Below, piece after piece: positions 1 to 8,318 of a DNA stretch of 32,000 nt; position 1 is the stretch's first letter, and every line of letters begins with the position of its first letter. The notes under the pieces are model-generated. The model did not search any database and was not told the origin of the DNA. It saw only the letters and a list, made by a program, of their open reading frames with translations. A program made the translations under genes and the position numbers. The stretch is from Pseudoalteromonas tetraodonis (GTDB lineage Bacteria; Pseudomonadota; Gammaproteobacteria; Enterobacterales; Alteromonadaceae): contig NZ_CP011041.1 of NCBI RefSeq assembly GCF_002310835.1, positions 1,050,001 to 1,082,000 on the forward strand. The letters are read 5' to 3'.

Positions 1-466
1 CACCTAAAATGGGCGCTAATGCTGGAATAAAGCAAACTATACCGTTTAGATAGGTAATTATTTGGCCACTGCGTTCACTACCAAACTTATCTCTTACTAT
101 TGCAAAAGCGACAACAAAGGTAGCGCACGCGCCTAACCCTTGAATAGCACGAGCAAACATCAGTACTAAAAAGCTAGGAGCATAATATGCACCCAATGCC
201 GCCAGTCCATACAAAGCGACCCCAGTTAAGGCGACGGGCTTTCTGCCAAAACGATCAGCGAGTGGACCTGCAATTAACTGCCCCAAACCAACAGTAAGCA
301 TAAAAATAGCCACCGTTTGCTGTACTTGCTTTTCGCTCACTGAGAATTGCTCTGCGATAGTGGGAAAGGCAGGCAGGTAAATATCAATGCCCATCGGACA
401 AAAAATGACGAGTAACGCTAATATAAGTAATAAAGTAAAATTGGGTTTAGCGGGCTGTGTATGCAT
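1..466 (-). CDS. MFS drug-efflux transporter, Bcr/CflA-like (N-terminal ~155 aa; gene continues beyond the window start)
   Basis: Hand translation of the minus strand from ATG (466-464) gives MHTQPAKPNFTLLLILALLVIFCPMGIDIYLPAFPTIAEQF...LIAGPLADRFGRKPVAL...ARAIQGLGAC. The frame is open to position 1. It contains the MFS motif-A-like GxLADRxGRKP. AAGGAG (complement of 472-477) lies 5 nt upstream of the start. Confidence 0.8.
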   Translation of the reverse strand, partial: MHTQPAKPNFTLLLILALLVIFCPMGIDIYLPAFPTIAEQFSVSEKQVQQTVAIFMLTVGLGQLIAGPLADRFGRKPVALTGVALYGLAALGAYYAPSFLVLMFARAIQGLGACATFVVAFAIVRDKFGSERSGQIITYLNGIVCFIPALAPILG

Positions 467-650
467 CAGGTCTCCTTTTGTCGGTATTTTAAGTGGCGAC
501 TGATGAAAAAGAAAGGGCTTATGGCCGATGTATCAGCCAAGTTACCTACTTTTAACCTTATTATGATTATTTTTGTTTAAGTATCACACTTCTTTAAACT
601 GATCCGATGTGTTAATTTGCTTTTTAAGCAAAGACAATGGAAAAATAATA

Positions 651-1124
651 ATGAGTAATGAGTCTGCATTAATTAAAACATGGCATAAATTTAAAAAGTG
701 GCCATGCGGTAACTGGCTTTTCAGTAAAGCCGTGTGTTTCAAGGCACCTTATTTTGGCTCTATGAAACCCACTATTTTAGATTTAAAAGCAGGACACTGT
801 AGTGCTGTGGTTAAAAACACACGCCGTGTACATAATCACATTGGAACAATTCATGCGATTGCTCAATGTAATTTGGCTGAGCTGTGTGCGGGAGTGATGG
901 TGGATGCGACGGTACCGTATAAAACACACCGTTGGATACCTAAAGGTATGACAGTACAATATTTAGCTAAAGTAGACACAGACGTTACCGCGATTGCTGA
1001 AATTGAGTTGCCTCATCAATGGATTGATAAAGAAGATTTAGTGGTGCCGGTAAAGCTTTATAATACCCGAAATGAGTTGGTGTTTACTGCAGATATAACC
1101 ATGTACATCACAAAGAAGAAGTAA
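651..1124 (+). CDS. Hotdog-fold thioesterase-like protein (DUF4442/YiiD C-terminal-like)
   Basis: The ORF track gives 609..1124 from a GTG. I prefer the in-frame ATG at 651 (MSNESALIKTWHKF...). The size and the central HIGTIHAIAQCNLAELCAG segment fit a hotdog fold. The family assignment is from memory only. Confidence 0.55.
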   Translation: MSNESALIKTWHKFKKWPCGNWLFSKAVCFKAPYFGSMKPTILDLKAGHCSAVVKNTRRVHNHIGTIHAIAQCNLAELCAGVMVDATVPYKTHRWIPKGMTVQYLAKVDTDVTAIAEIELPHQWIDKEDLVVPVKLYNTRNELVFTADITMYITKKK

Positions 1125-1154
1125 TTGCTAAATTATATTTTTATATAAAGTATT

Positions 1155-1195
1155 AAAAACAATGGTTTAGTTTATTGACTAAACCATTTTTTGTT
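1155..1195. terminator. Bidirectional rho-independent terminator between convergent genes
   Basis: Perfect 11-bp stem AATGGTTTAGT (1161-1171) / ACTAAACCATT (1178-1188) with a 6-nt loop. It is flanked by an A-run (1155-1159) and a T-run (1187-1192). Confidence 0.85.
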
Positions 1196-1200
1196 CAGGT

Positions 1201-1683
1201 TTAACTTTTTGCAGTAGACGACTTGTTTACAAACGAAAGGCCACTGTCTTCATTGTCAACAATGGCTTTTACATCGTTAACCGGTTTTGGTTTATCTTTA
1301 GCATGCTCAATGACTTCTTTTTCAAAGCGCTGCTTTAAACTACCTTCAATAATCGCACCGGCTTCTATGCTTAGTGTGTCATGAAAAATATCGCCAAGGA
1401 CATGGGCATTATTTTCGATCTTCACTTCGCTTGCATTTAAAGAGCCTATGATTTTACCTTTAACAACAACGCTGCTAGCCTCAACAACGCCTTCAACAAC
1501 ACCGGAGGAGCCGATAACTAAATGCTCAGCTTTAATATCACCGTCAATACGTCCATCGAGTTGCACTTCACCTTGGCTAACTAAAGAGCCCGTAATACGC
1601 ACATCGTTAGAAATAATTGAGGGAGTATGACTCACTCGCTTGATTGATGAGTCCGTTTTTGCTTGTTTATTTTTACCAAACAC
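1201..1683 (-). CDS. Bactofilin (polymer-forming cytoskeletal protein, CcmA/BacA family)
   Basis: 160 aa with a GTG start. The core is repetitive beta-helix-like: ITGSLVSQGEVQLDGRIDGDIKAEHLVIGSSGVVEGVVEASSVVVKGKIIGSLNASEVKIENNAHVLGDI. It has disordered basic N- and C-tails. The start overlaps the upstream M23 gene by 11 nt. Confidence 0.85.
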   Translation of the reverse strand: MFGKNKQAKTDSSIKRVSHTPSIISNDVRITGSLVSQGEVQLDGRIDGDIKAEHLVIGSSGVVEGVVEASSVVVKGKIIGSLNASEVKIENNAHVLGDIFHDTLSIEAGAIIEGSLKQRFEKEVIEHAKDKPKPVNDVKAIVDNEDSGLSFVNKSSTAKS

Positions 1684-2836
1684 GAGAAAGCGCCTTTGTT
1701 ATTTTTAGTGGATTGACATGCTTGTCGTCTATTAATACTTCATAGTGTAAATGAGTACTTGTACTTCTTCCGGTACTGCCCATTAAACCAATGACATCGT
1801 GCTTTGCAACAACTTGGCCTTTTTTAACATTAACTTTGTTTAAGTGACCAAAGCGCGTTACAACGCCATTTTTATGTTCTAATTCAATAAAGTTACCATA
1901 ACCACCATTGCGGCCAGCTCGGCGTACCGTTGCATCGGCAGGGGCAAAAATTTCTGTTTTATGCCAGCCAGCTAAATCAACGCCTTTATGAAATGCGCGT
2001 CTTTTATTCATGGGATCTTTTCGAAGCCCAAAGTTGCTCGAAATATAATATTTTGCGGCAGGTAAGGGTAATGTGTTCGGCAAGGCGGTTAAAAAGTTTT
2101 CTAGCTGATTTAAAACAAGCAACTTATCGGCAATGGCTAAAAATGTATTGGGTATTTTACTTTCATCAAGTATGTCCAGCGGGCCACCTTGCGCCGTTGT
2201 TTGTGCCGCTAAGGCGAGGTGCTGTGCAAGTGCATTTTCAAGACCTGTGTCTTGCAATATCTCTAAAATAGCGTCGTGGCGTTGATTAATTTGCGCAGCT
2301 AATAAGGTAAAATTAGTATCGTATTGTTCATTTAGTAAAGTATAGCGCTGCTCAAAACTGGTGGCGCTATTATGGGCATGTTTGTTTTGTGACTTGTCAT
2401 CTTCGAGCGGCTCATGGAATTCGCTCTCACTCTCATTTATAGGGGAGGAGTCAAGCTCACCCTCTAATTTAATGGCGTCTTTGCTAATAGAAGCAGGCAA
2501 TGATTCAATCATACCTTGTAATAAAGCTTGTTTTTGTTCTAGTTCAGCTAACTGTTCTTGTTGTAATGCATAGCGTTGCTGCTGCTGCTTTACTTTTTGT
2601 TGCCACTGCGCTTGCTTATCAAGTTGAGTTTGTTCGATATGAGATATTTGGTGTGTTTGCATATACACACGAATACTAGAGACACTCATCCACACAATAG
2701 CGGTGATAATAATAGCGAGTACAGAAACTTGTAACCATGGTGCCAAAACCACATGCTTTACTTCGCCATTTTGGCGAATAAGCAGCTGGCGAGCTGGGAA
2801 GTTTTTATGAAAAAAAGATTTTATGAATACAGACAT
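1673..2836 (-). CDS. Membrane-anchored M23/LytM-family metallopeptidase with a coiled-coil linker
   Basis: 387 aa. It has one N-proximal TM segment (LAPWLQVSVLAIIITAIVWMSV) and a Q-rich coiled coil (QWQQKVKQQQQRYALQQEQLAELEQKQ). The C-terminal LytM domain carries HxxxD (HKGVD) and HxH (HLH) zinc ligands. Confidence 0.9.
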   Translation of the reverse strand: MSVFIKSFFHKNFPARQLLIRQNGEVKHVVLAPWLQVSVLAIIITAIVWMSVSSIRVYMQTHQISHIEQTQLDKQAQWQQKVKQQQQRYALQQEQLAELEQKQALLQGMIESLPASISKDAIKLEGELDSSPINESESEFHEPLEDDKSQNKHAHNSATSFEQRYTLLNEQYDTNFTLLAAQINQRHDAILEILQDTGLENALAQHLALAAQTTAQGGPLDILDESKIPNTFLAIADKLLVLNQLENFLTALPNTLPLPAAKYYISSNFGLRKDPMNKRRAFHKGVDLAGWHKTEIFAPADATVRRAGRNGGYGNFIELEHKNGVVTRFGHLNKVNVKKGQVVAKHDVIGLMGSTGRSTSTHLHYEVLIDDKHVNPLKITKALSRVW

Positions 2837-2924
2837 GTCACATATTTACTGGCTATTAACGGATTCAAGATAGCAATTTCAACTAAAAAAGCCAGAAAAA
2901 AATTGTAACTATGGCTTAATTAAT

Positions 2925-2957
2925 AAAAAAGGGCGGCTTATTCGGCCACCCTTTTTT
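2925..2957 (-). terminator. Rho-independent terminator downstream of fahA
   Basis: Stem GGGCGGC (2931-2937) / GCCACCC (2945-2951). The single C/A mismatch on the plus strand becomes a G-U pair on the minus strand, which is the fahA strand. An A-run at 2925-2930 gives a U-tract on the minus strand. Confidence 0.75.
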
Positions 2958-2978
2958 ACTAGTTTATTGATTTTACAA

Positions 2979-4292
2979 TTATTTTGCTGGCAATACCGTA
3001 CTCTCCACGCAGCCGAAGCCAATACGTGCAAAACCTTCTTTTTCACACCAGCCACGCATTATCACGTTGTCGCCGTCTTCTAAGAAGCTACGCTGTTCGC
3101 CGTTGCTTAAGGTAATTTTTTCTTTACCACCACGAGAAAGCTCAAGTAATGAACCGGCTTCTTCATGAGTTGGGCCTGATTGCGTTCCAGAGCCCAGCAT
3201 GTCGCCTGGCATAAAGTTACAACCGTTTACCGTATGGTGAGTCACCATTTGTGCCACAGTCCAGTAAGAATGCTTAAAGCTAGATTTAGACACTTGTGTT
3301 GGATTGTAGCCTTCATCACGCATTTTTTGTGTTTGAATTTTAACATCCATTTGAATATCAAATGCGCCTTGATCACGGTTAGCCGTTGATTCTAAATATT
3401 CCAATGGTTGCGGATCATTTTCATCACGCGTCCAGCTTGTTCTAAATGGTGCAAGTGCTTCGGTAGTTACAATCCATGGTGACACGGTTGATGCAAAGTT
3501 TTTTGCTAAAAATGGACCAAGCGGTTGGTATTCCCATGCTTGTAAATCACGTGCTGACCAATCGTTGAAAACACAAAAGCCAAACACATGTTTTTCAGCA
3601 TTTTCAATGGCAATAGCATCACCCTGCTCATTACCCTTACCCAAGTAAATACCCAGTTCAAGCTCGTAATCAAGACGCTTACACGGACCAAATGAAGGTA
3701 CTTCTGCGTCTGGCGCTTTAGTTTGTCCTTTAGGGCGATGGAACTGCTGACCAGATACGCCAATAGATGACGAACGACCGTGATAACCAATCGGTACCCA
3801 CTTGTAATTCGGTAGCAGTGGGTTATCAGGGCGGAATAAACTACCTACGGCCGTAGCATGATAAATCGAGGTGTAAAAGTCGGTGTAATCGCCAATGCGA
3901 CACGGCAGAGCAAATTCAATCTCGCTTTGCGCAATAAGTGCGTGTGTAAGTTGTTCTTGATGCTCAGAACCTTCACGTAATGCTTTCGATAATGCTAAAC
4001 GTAGGGCTGACCAATATTGCTCACCCAGACCCATAAACTCATTTAGTGTAGGTTTACTTGCTGCAGCAATGGCGACTTGAGCATCGCCACTAAAAATAGC
4101 GAGTTCATTTACTTTTGCTAAATCAATAACCTGATCGCCAATGGCAACCGCGCCTCGGAAAGCTTCGTTGCTATTTTTGCGACGTACTTCGGCAAAAGGT
4201 AGATTTTGGATAGGGAAGTCACATTGTGCATCATTCGCTGATGCAACCCAGCTAGTTAAATTTATATCATGGGTTTCGTTAATTAAACTCAT
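2979..4292 (-). CDS. fahA: Fumarylacetoacetase (fumarylacetoacetate hydrolase)
   Basis: 437 aa, typical FAH length. N-terminal FAH domain (WVASANDAQCDFPIQNLPF). Catalytic-domain motifs include DYTDFY, GYHGRSSS and ELELG. AAGGAA SD upstream of the ATG at 4292. Confidence 0.9.
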   Translation of the reverse strand: MSLINETHDINLTSWVASANDAQCDFPIQNLPFAEVRRKNSNEAFRGAVAIGDQVIDLAKVNELAIFSGDAQVAIAAASKPTLNEFMGLGEQYWSALRLALSKALREGSEHQEQLTHALIAQSEIEFALPCRIGDYTDFYTSIYHATAVGSLFRPDNPLLPNYKWVPIGYHGRSSSIGVSGQQFHRPKGQTKAPDAEVPSFGPCKRLDYELELGIYLGKGNEQGDAIAIENAEKHVFGFCVFNDWSARDLQAWEYQPLGPFLAKNFASTVSPWIVTTEALAPFRTSWTRDENDPQPLEYLESTANRDQGAFDIQMDVKIQTQKMRDEGYNPTQVSKSSFKHSYWTVAQMVTHHTVNGCNFMPGDMLGSGTQSGPTHEEAGSLLELSRGGKEKITLSNGEQRSFLEDGDNVIMRGWCEKEGFARIGFGCVESTVLPAK

Positions 4293-4445
4293 TACATTTC
4301 CTTTGGTTTAGTTGGTCGCGCATATCAATTTATTAGATAAGAACATAGCACCAGCAAATTTTAAATATCTACTAGTTATATGGTGATGAAAAGCGCGATT
4401 TAAACACGCAAAGAGAGATAAGCTCTCTTAGTTACGATTAAACGA

Positions 4446-4474
4446 CAAAAAGCAGCGAAATACGCTGCTTTTTA
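4446..4474 (-). terminator. Rho-independent terminator downstream of hppD
   Basis: Stem AGCAGCG (4451-4457) / CGCTGCT (4463-4469) with a 5-nt loop. A- and T-runs lie on both sides. A second 7-bp hairpin, AAGAGAG/CTCTCTT, lies at 4411-4429. Confidence 0.8.
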
Positions 4475-4489
4475 GAGTCATAATTTTAA

Positions 4490-5536
4490 TTATAAAACGC
4501 CGCGGCGTTCTTGATCTCGCTCGATTGATTCGAACAGCGCTTGGAAGTTACCTTCACCAAAGCCACCATCGTCAACACGTTGAATCATCTCAATGAAGAT
4601 AGGGCCAAATAAGTTTTTAGAGAAAATTTGCAATAAGTAGCAATCTTCGCTTTGGCTATCAACCAGGATTTGATGCTCACGAATCTTTTCTTTGTCTTCT
4701 TTAACCCATGGTACACGGTCAAAAATAGTATCGTAGTACTCAGGGATAATATCTAAAGTGGCGATAGTTGATTTATCTAACTTATCAAGTGAGCTCACTA
4801 AGTCATCAGTTAAAAAGGCTAAATGCTGTACACCTGGGCCATTGTATTCGCCTAGGTATTCATCAATTTGGTTATTGTCGTTACCTTTACCTTCATTGAT
4901 TGGAATAGAGAAAGTGCCACAAGGTGATTTTAATGCATAAGAGAGTAAGGCTGTTTTTTGGCCTTTAATATCAAAGTAGCGCACTTCGGTAAAACCAAAC
5001 ACGTCTTTATAAAAGTTAGCCCATGTTTCCATTGTGCCTTTATAAACGTTGTTAGTTAAGTGGTCGATACGTAAGAACCCTTTATCATTAACGACGTTTT
5101 GCTCAGCTAAATCTTCAAAGTCGTTTGCGTAGATAGAGCCTTTATCGCCAAACTGTTCAATAAAGTATATTAAGCTGTCGCCAATGCCGTAAATGGCAGG
5201 GTACGGTAAGTCTTTATTTGCCGCATCAGTAGCAGGCTTAGCGCCACGCTCAACCGCTGCTTCAAACGCCGCTTGAGCGTTCTCTACGCGCCAACCCATA
5301 GAACAAATTGCTGGGCCATGATTTTTAGCAAATTCAGCTGAAAAACCATCGCGTTCATTATTTAGTAAAAAATGAATATCGTTTTGGTTGTAATAAACAA
5401 TGTCTTTACCTTTAAATTTTTTTAACTTTGAAAAACCAAAATCGGTAAACACTTTATCCATGTAATCGGCATCGGGTGTTGCGTACTCGGTAAATTCAAT
5501 ACCAACCAAACCTAAAGGGTTATTTACTTCACTCAT
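4490..5536 (-). CDS. hppD: 4-hydroxyphenylpyruvate dioxygenase
   Basis: 348 aa with the two-barrel VOC fold pattern. Conserved segments include IDHLTNNV, GVQHLAF and the C-terminal GFGEGNFQALFESIERDQ, which is typical of bacterial HppD/MelA/legiolysin. GGGAG SD. Confidence 0.9.
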   Translation of the reverse strand: MSEVNNPLGLVGIEFTEYATPDADYMDKVFTDFGFSKLKKFKGKDIVYYNQNDIHFLLNNERDGFSAEFAKNHGPAICSMGWRVENAQAAFEAAVERGAKPATDAANKDLPYPAIYGIGDSLIYFIEQFGDKGSIYANDFEDLAEQNVVNDKGFLRIDHLTNNVYKGTMETWANFYKDVFGFTEVRYFDIKGQKTALLSYALKSPCGTFSIPINEGKGNDNNQIDEYLGEYNGPGVQHLAFLTDDLVSSLDKLDKSTIATLDIIPEYYDTIFDRVPWVKEDKEKIREHQILVDSQSEDCYLLQIFSKNLFGPIFIEMIQRVDDGGFGEGNFQALFESIERDQERRGVL

Positions 5537-5831
5537 TATAATTACTCCCGCAATTAAGCACTGCGATTATTAGTTATCGTATTGCCTGCATGATTAACCA
5601 GATTGGTGTTTTGGGGAAGAGGGTGTTGTTATTTAGTAAATAGCGCGTGTGTAAATTTTACGAGACGGTTATCAAAGTATGTTGTTTATTTACATACGAG
5701 CAGGTGAAAGTAAAAATTAGGTAGCGAGATGAAAGTGCAGGTTTTCTTGTTAAGTTATTGATTATTAATATTTTAATTTAATTTATTTATATGTGTTTTT
5801 AGTTTTTTTGCGCTTAAAAAAGTGCGGTTTT

Positions 5832-5849
5832 TGTATTTTATTATTTACA
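5832..5849. promoter_or_regulatory. Candidate TyrR box
   Basis: TGTATT-TTATTA-TTTACA matches 10/12 positions of the TGTAAA-N6-TTTACA consensus. It lies about 300 bp upstream of the hppD start, and tyrR is encoded 2.5 kb away. The distance from the start codon is large, so this is tentative. Confidence 0.3.
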
Positions 5850-5994
5850 CTTTTAATGAGTTTGGTTAGCTGCGATATATATAAAATCAAAGAGTATTGA
5901 TGGTTTGCTGCTATAAACTCGTTTGTGCACAGTGATGAGGTATAAATAATAAACGGCTGAATGTAAAAATTGTGTGGTTTAATCTAGCGGCCAT

Positions 5995-6028
5995 AAAAAT
6001 ACCCCCTGCAGTTAACTACAGGAGGTAT
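5995..6028 (-). terminator. Rho-independent terminator downstream of the POT transporter gene
   Basis: 13-bp stem 5999-6011 / 6016-6028. Its two plus-strand C/A mismatches become G-U pairs on the minus strand. AAAA at 5995-5998 gives the U-tract on the minus strand. Confidence 0.75.
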
Positions 6029-6076
6029 TTGATATCATTTATCAAAGCTCATAATTATGCGTGTGATAAATCTAAA

Positions 6077-7576
6077 TTATTGTGTTGGTGCGGTTTGTTC
6101 TAAACCTTGTTTTTCCCATATTTTAGCTTTAAAACTCATCAGTACTAAGATGATACCTACACCGATACTAAATAAGGCAATTTGTAGGTAAAGGTTCGGG
6201 ATTTCTTCAACATTGTTAGGATCAAAGTTACCAGCAAGTAATCCTGAAATAACGTTACCGATAGAGTATGTAAGTACGAATACCCCCATCATTTGACCAG
6301 TAAAGCGGCGAGGCGATAACTTACTTACAGCGCTCAATGCAACTGGGCTTAAACAAAGCTCACCCACTGTGTGTAAGAAATACGTAGTAACAAGCCAATA
6401 AGGTGCTACTTTTAAGCCTTCAGCGGCATAGTGTGCTGCCATAAACATTACTAAAAAGCCTGAAGCCATAATAACGAGGCCCAACGCACATTTTACGCTG
6501 TAAGTAGGCGAGACCATTTTTTTAGATAAATTAATCCAAAAAGCGGCAAAGAATGGTGATAGCGCAATAATGAACAATGAATTTAGAGATTGGAACCAGG
6601 TCGTTGGAATTTCAAATGTGCCAACCAGACGGTCTGTGTAGTCACGAGCAAACAGATTTAATGAAGAACCGGCTTGTTCAAAGCCAGACCAAAAACAGGC
6701 TGAAGCGACACAGACTAAAAATAGCGCCCACATTCTTTGTTTTTCAGCATCGGTTAGTTTGCCTTTGAAGTATATAAGGCCAAAGTAAACGAAAAAGATA
6801 ACAGTAAATATAACTGCGGTGTACCCTGCAACAATCGATGGGTTAATGACAATAGCACCTGTCATCGCAGCAGCGGTAACACCGGCGGTCGCGATAACAA
6901 ATGCAGCAATACCACCCCATGCGCGCGAAGTACCTTTAGGACTTAATGGGTTAGCAGGTAAGGCGCTGTGATCTGGTAAGTTTTTAAGTGTACGCTTGTA
7001 TTGAATTAAACCAATACCCATACCAACAGCCGCGGCACCAAATGCCCAGTGCCAACCTACGTTTTCCATAAAGTAACCACACACGTAGTAACCAATTAAA
7101 GAACCTAAGTTAATACCCATGTAGTAAATAGCGAAACCACCATCACGGCGCTCATCTTCGTCAGTATAAAGCTGACCAACCATGGCACTTATATTAGGTT
7201 TAAGTAAACCAGTACCTGTTGCAACAAAGATCAAACCAATGAAAAATGAATATTCATGTGGCACGGCTAAGATAATATGGCCACACATGATAATAATACC
7301 GCCATACCATACTGCTTTTTGGCCACCAAACAATCTATCTGCTAACCAACCACCAGGTAAACCTAAAAAGTATACTGAACCTGTGTATAAGCCATAAATT
7401 GCAGCAGCAGAAGCAACGGTAAATCCTAGGCCTTCTTGTTGTAAACTTGCTGTCATAAATAATACGAGCATCGCTCGCATACCGTAGTAACTCATTCGTT
7501 CCCACATTTCTGTGAAAAACAGGGTTGAAAGTCCTTTAGGGTGACCAAACCAGCCACTGTCAGAATTTGAACTCAT
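6077..7576 (-). CDS. Proton-dependent oligopeptide transporter (POT/PTR2 family, DtpT-like di-/tripeptide permease)
   Basis: 499 aa and polytopic. It has the signature N-terminus FGHPKGLSTLFFTEMWERMSYYGMRAMLVLFM (ExxER motif). AGGAAG SD. Confidence 0.9.
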   Translation of the reverse strand: MSSNSDSGWFGHPKGLSTLFFTEMWERMSYYGMRAMLVLFMTASLQQEGLGFTVASAAAIYGLYTGSVYFLGLPGGWLADRLFGGQKAVWYGGIIIMCGHIILAVPHEYSFFIGLIFVATGTGLLKPNISAMVGQLYTDEDERRDGGFAIYYMGINLGSLIGYYVCGYFMENVGWHWAFGAAAVGMGIGLIQYKRTLKNLPDHSALPANPLSPKGTSRAWGGIAAFVIATAGVTAAAMTGAIVINPSIVAGYTAVIFTVIFFVYFGLIYFKGKLTDAEKQRMWALFLVCVASACFWSGFEQAGSSLNLFARDYTDRLVGTFEIPTTWFQSLNSLFIIALSPFFAAFWINLSKKMVSPTYSVKCALGLVIMASGFLVMFMAAHYAAEGLKVAPYWLVTTYFLHTVGELCLSPVALSAVSKLSPRRFTGQMMGVFVLTYSIGNVISGLLAGNFDPNNVEEIPNLYLQIALFSIGVGIILVLMSFKAKIWEKQGLEQTAPTQ

Positions 7577-8318
7577 ATTTACTTCCTAATTCATTATTGT
7601 TTTGATGACCTTGTGGTTTTTTATTTAGCTAAATTTTTACTCATAAAAAGTATAATAAATGCTCGATCATCAGTGTTTTTATGCAGCTAAGGTAATGGTT
7701 TGCTAAACGCAGCTATACGTTTAGGTAAGAGTCACACCCTTATCCTAGTTACAATTGCGCCTAAGTATACATAGACCTTTGTGCGAGGGGAAGCGTTGAG
7801 CGCGCTATCATACATCGGTTATGTAATTGTTAAATACCAGTGTGTGAACCCCTATTTGCTGCAGTAAACACCTAAACTTATCAAAAAATATCTTTAACAT
7901 CATAGGTAACATTGTCATACCAACGTTATCTTTAACACTGTTTAAATACAGCTTGAAAAATAAATAAAAGCTTTGTTTTACGGGTAGTTACAGCTACTAA
8001 ATTTTTAATAATAGTTAACCTTTACTACTTTAATTTAATAATCACCACTTAGATTAAACATGAGCGAATATTGGCGTATGGACAGTAATGATTCGCTCAT
8101 TGCAGCATATAATTTATACAAGGCCAGCTTGACTAAATTGAGTTGCAATAACCCCGACTTTTAGTGAACAGCCAAGCTTGAATGCGTTAAGTGCTTGAAA
8201 AAGCCCTCTAGTTAGTAAAAAAACATTTTTTCGTCCAAATTTCTTTACAATAAACTATGCTCGTAAACAGAGTTAGCGTATTATTCACGCCAACTAGTTT
8301 TTCCTTACCTGAGGGTGT

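Noticed and set aside
609-650. GTG start at 609 for the hotdog-fold protein. Similarly the TTG at 25619 for lspA, the GTG at 12986 for dapE, the ATG at 29901 for pilW and the GTG at 16020 for the acyltransferase.
   Set aside because: In each case a nearby in-frame downstream start has a better-placed SD, or removes an overlap with the upstream gene. The longest-ORF starts are probably artefacts. This is uncertain without N-terminal data.
5537-5700. Possible sigma54 (-24/-12, TGGCAC-N5-TTGC) promoter for hppD, given the AAA+ regulator next door.
   Set aside because: No GG-N10-GC element with the right flanks is visible on the minus strand. The regulator also lacks the GAFTGA loop, as sigma70-dependent TyrR does.
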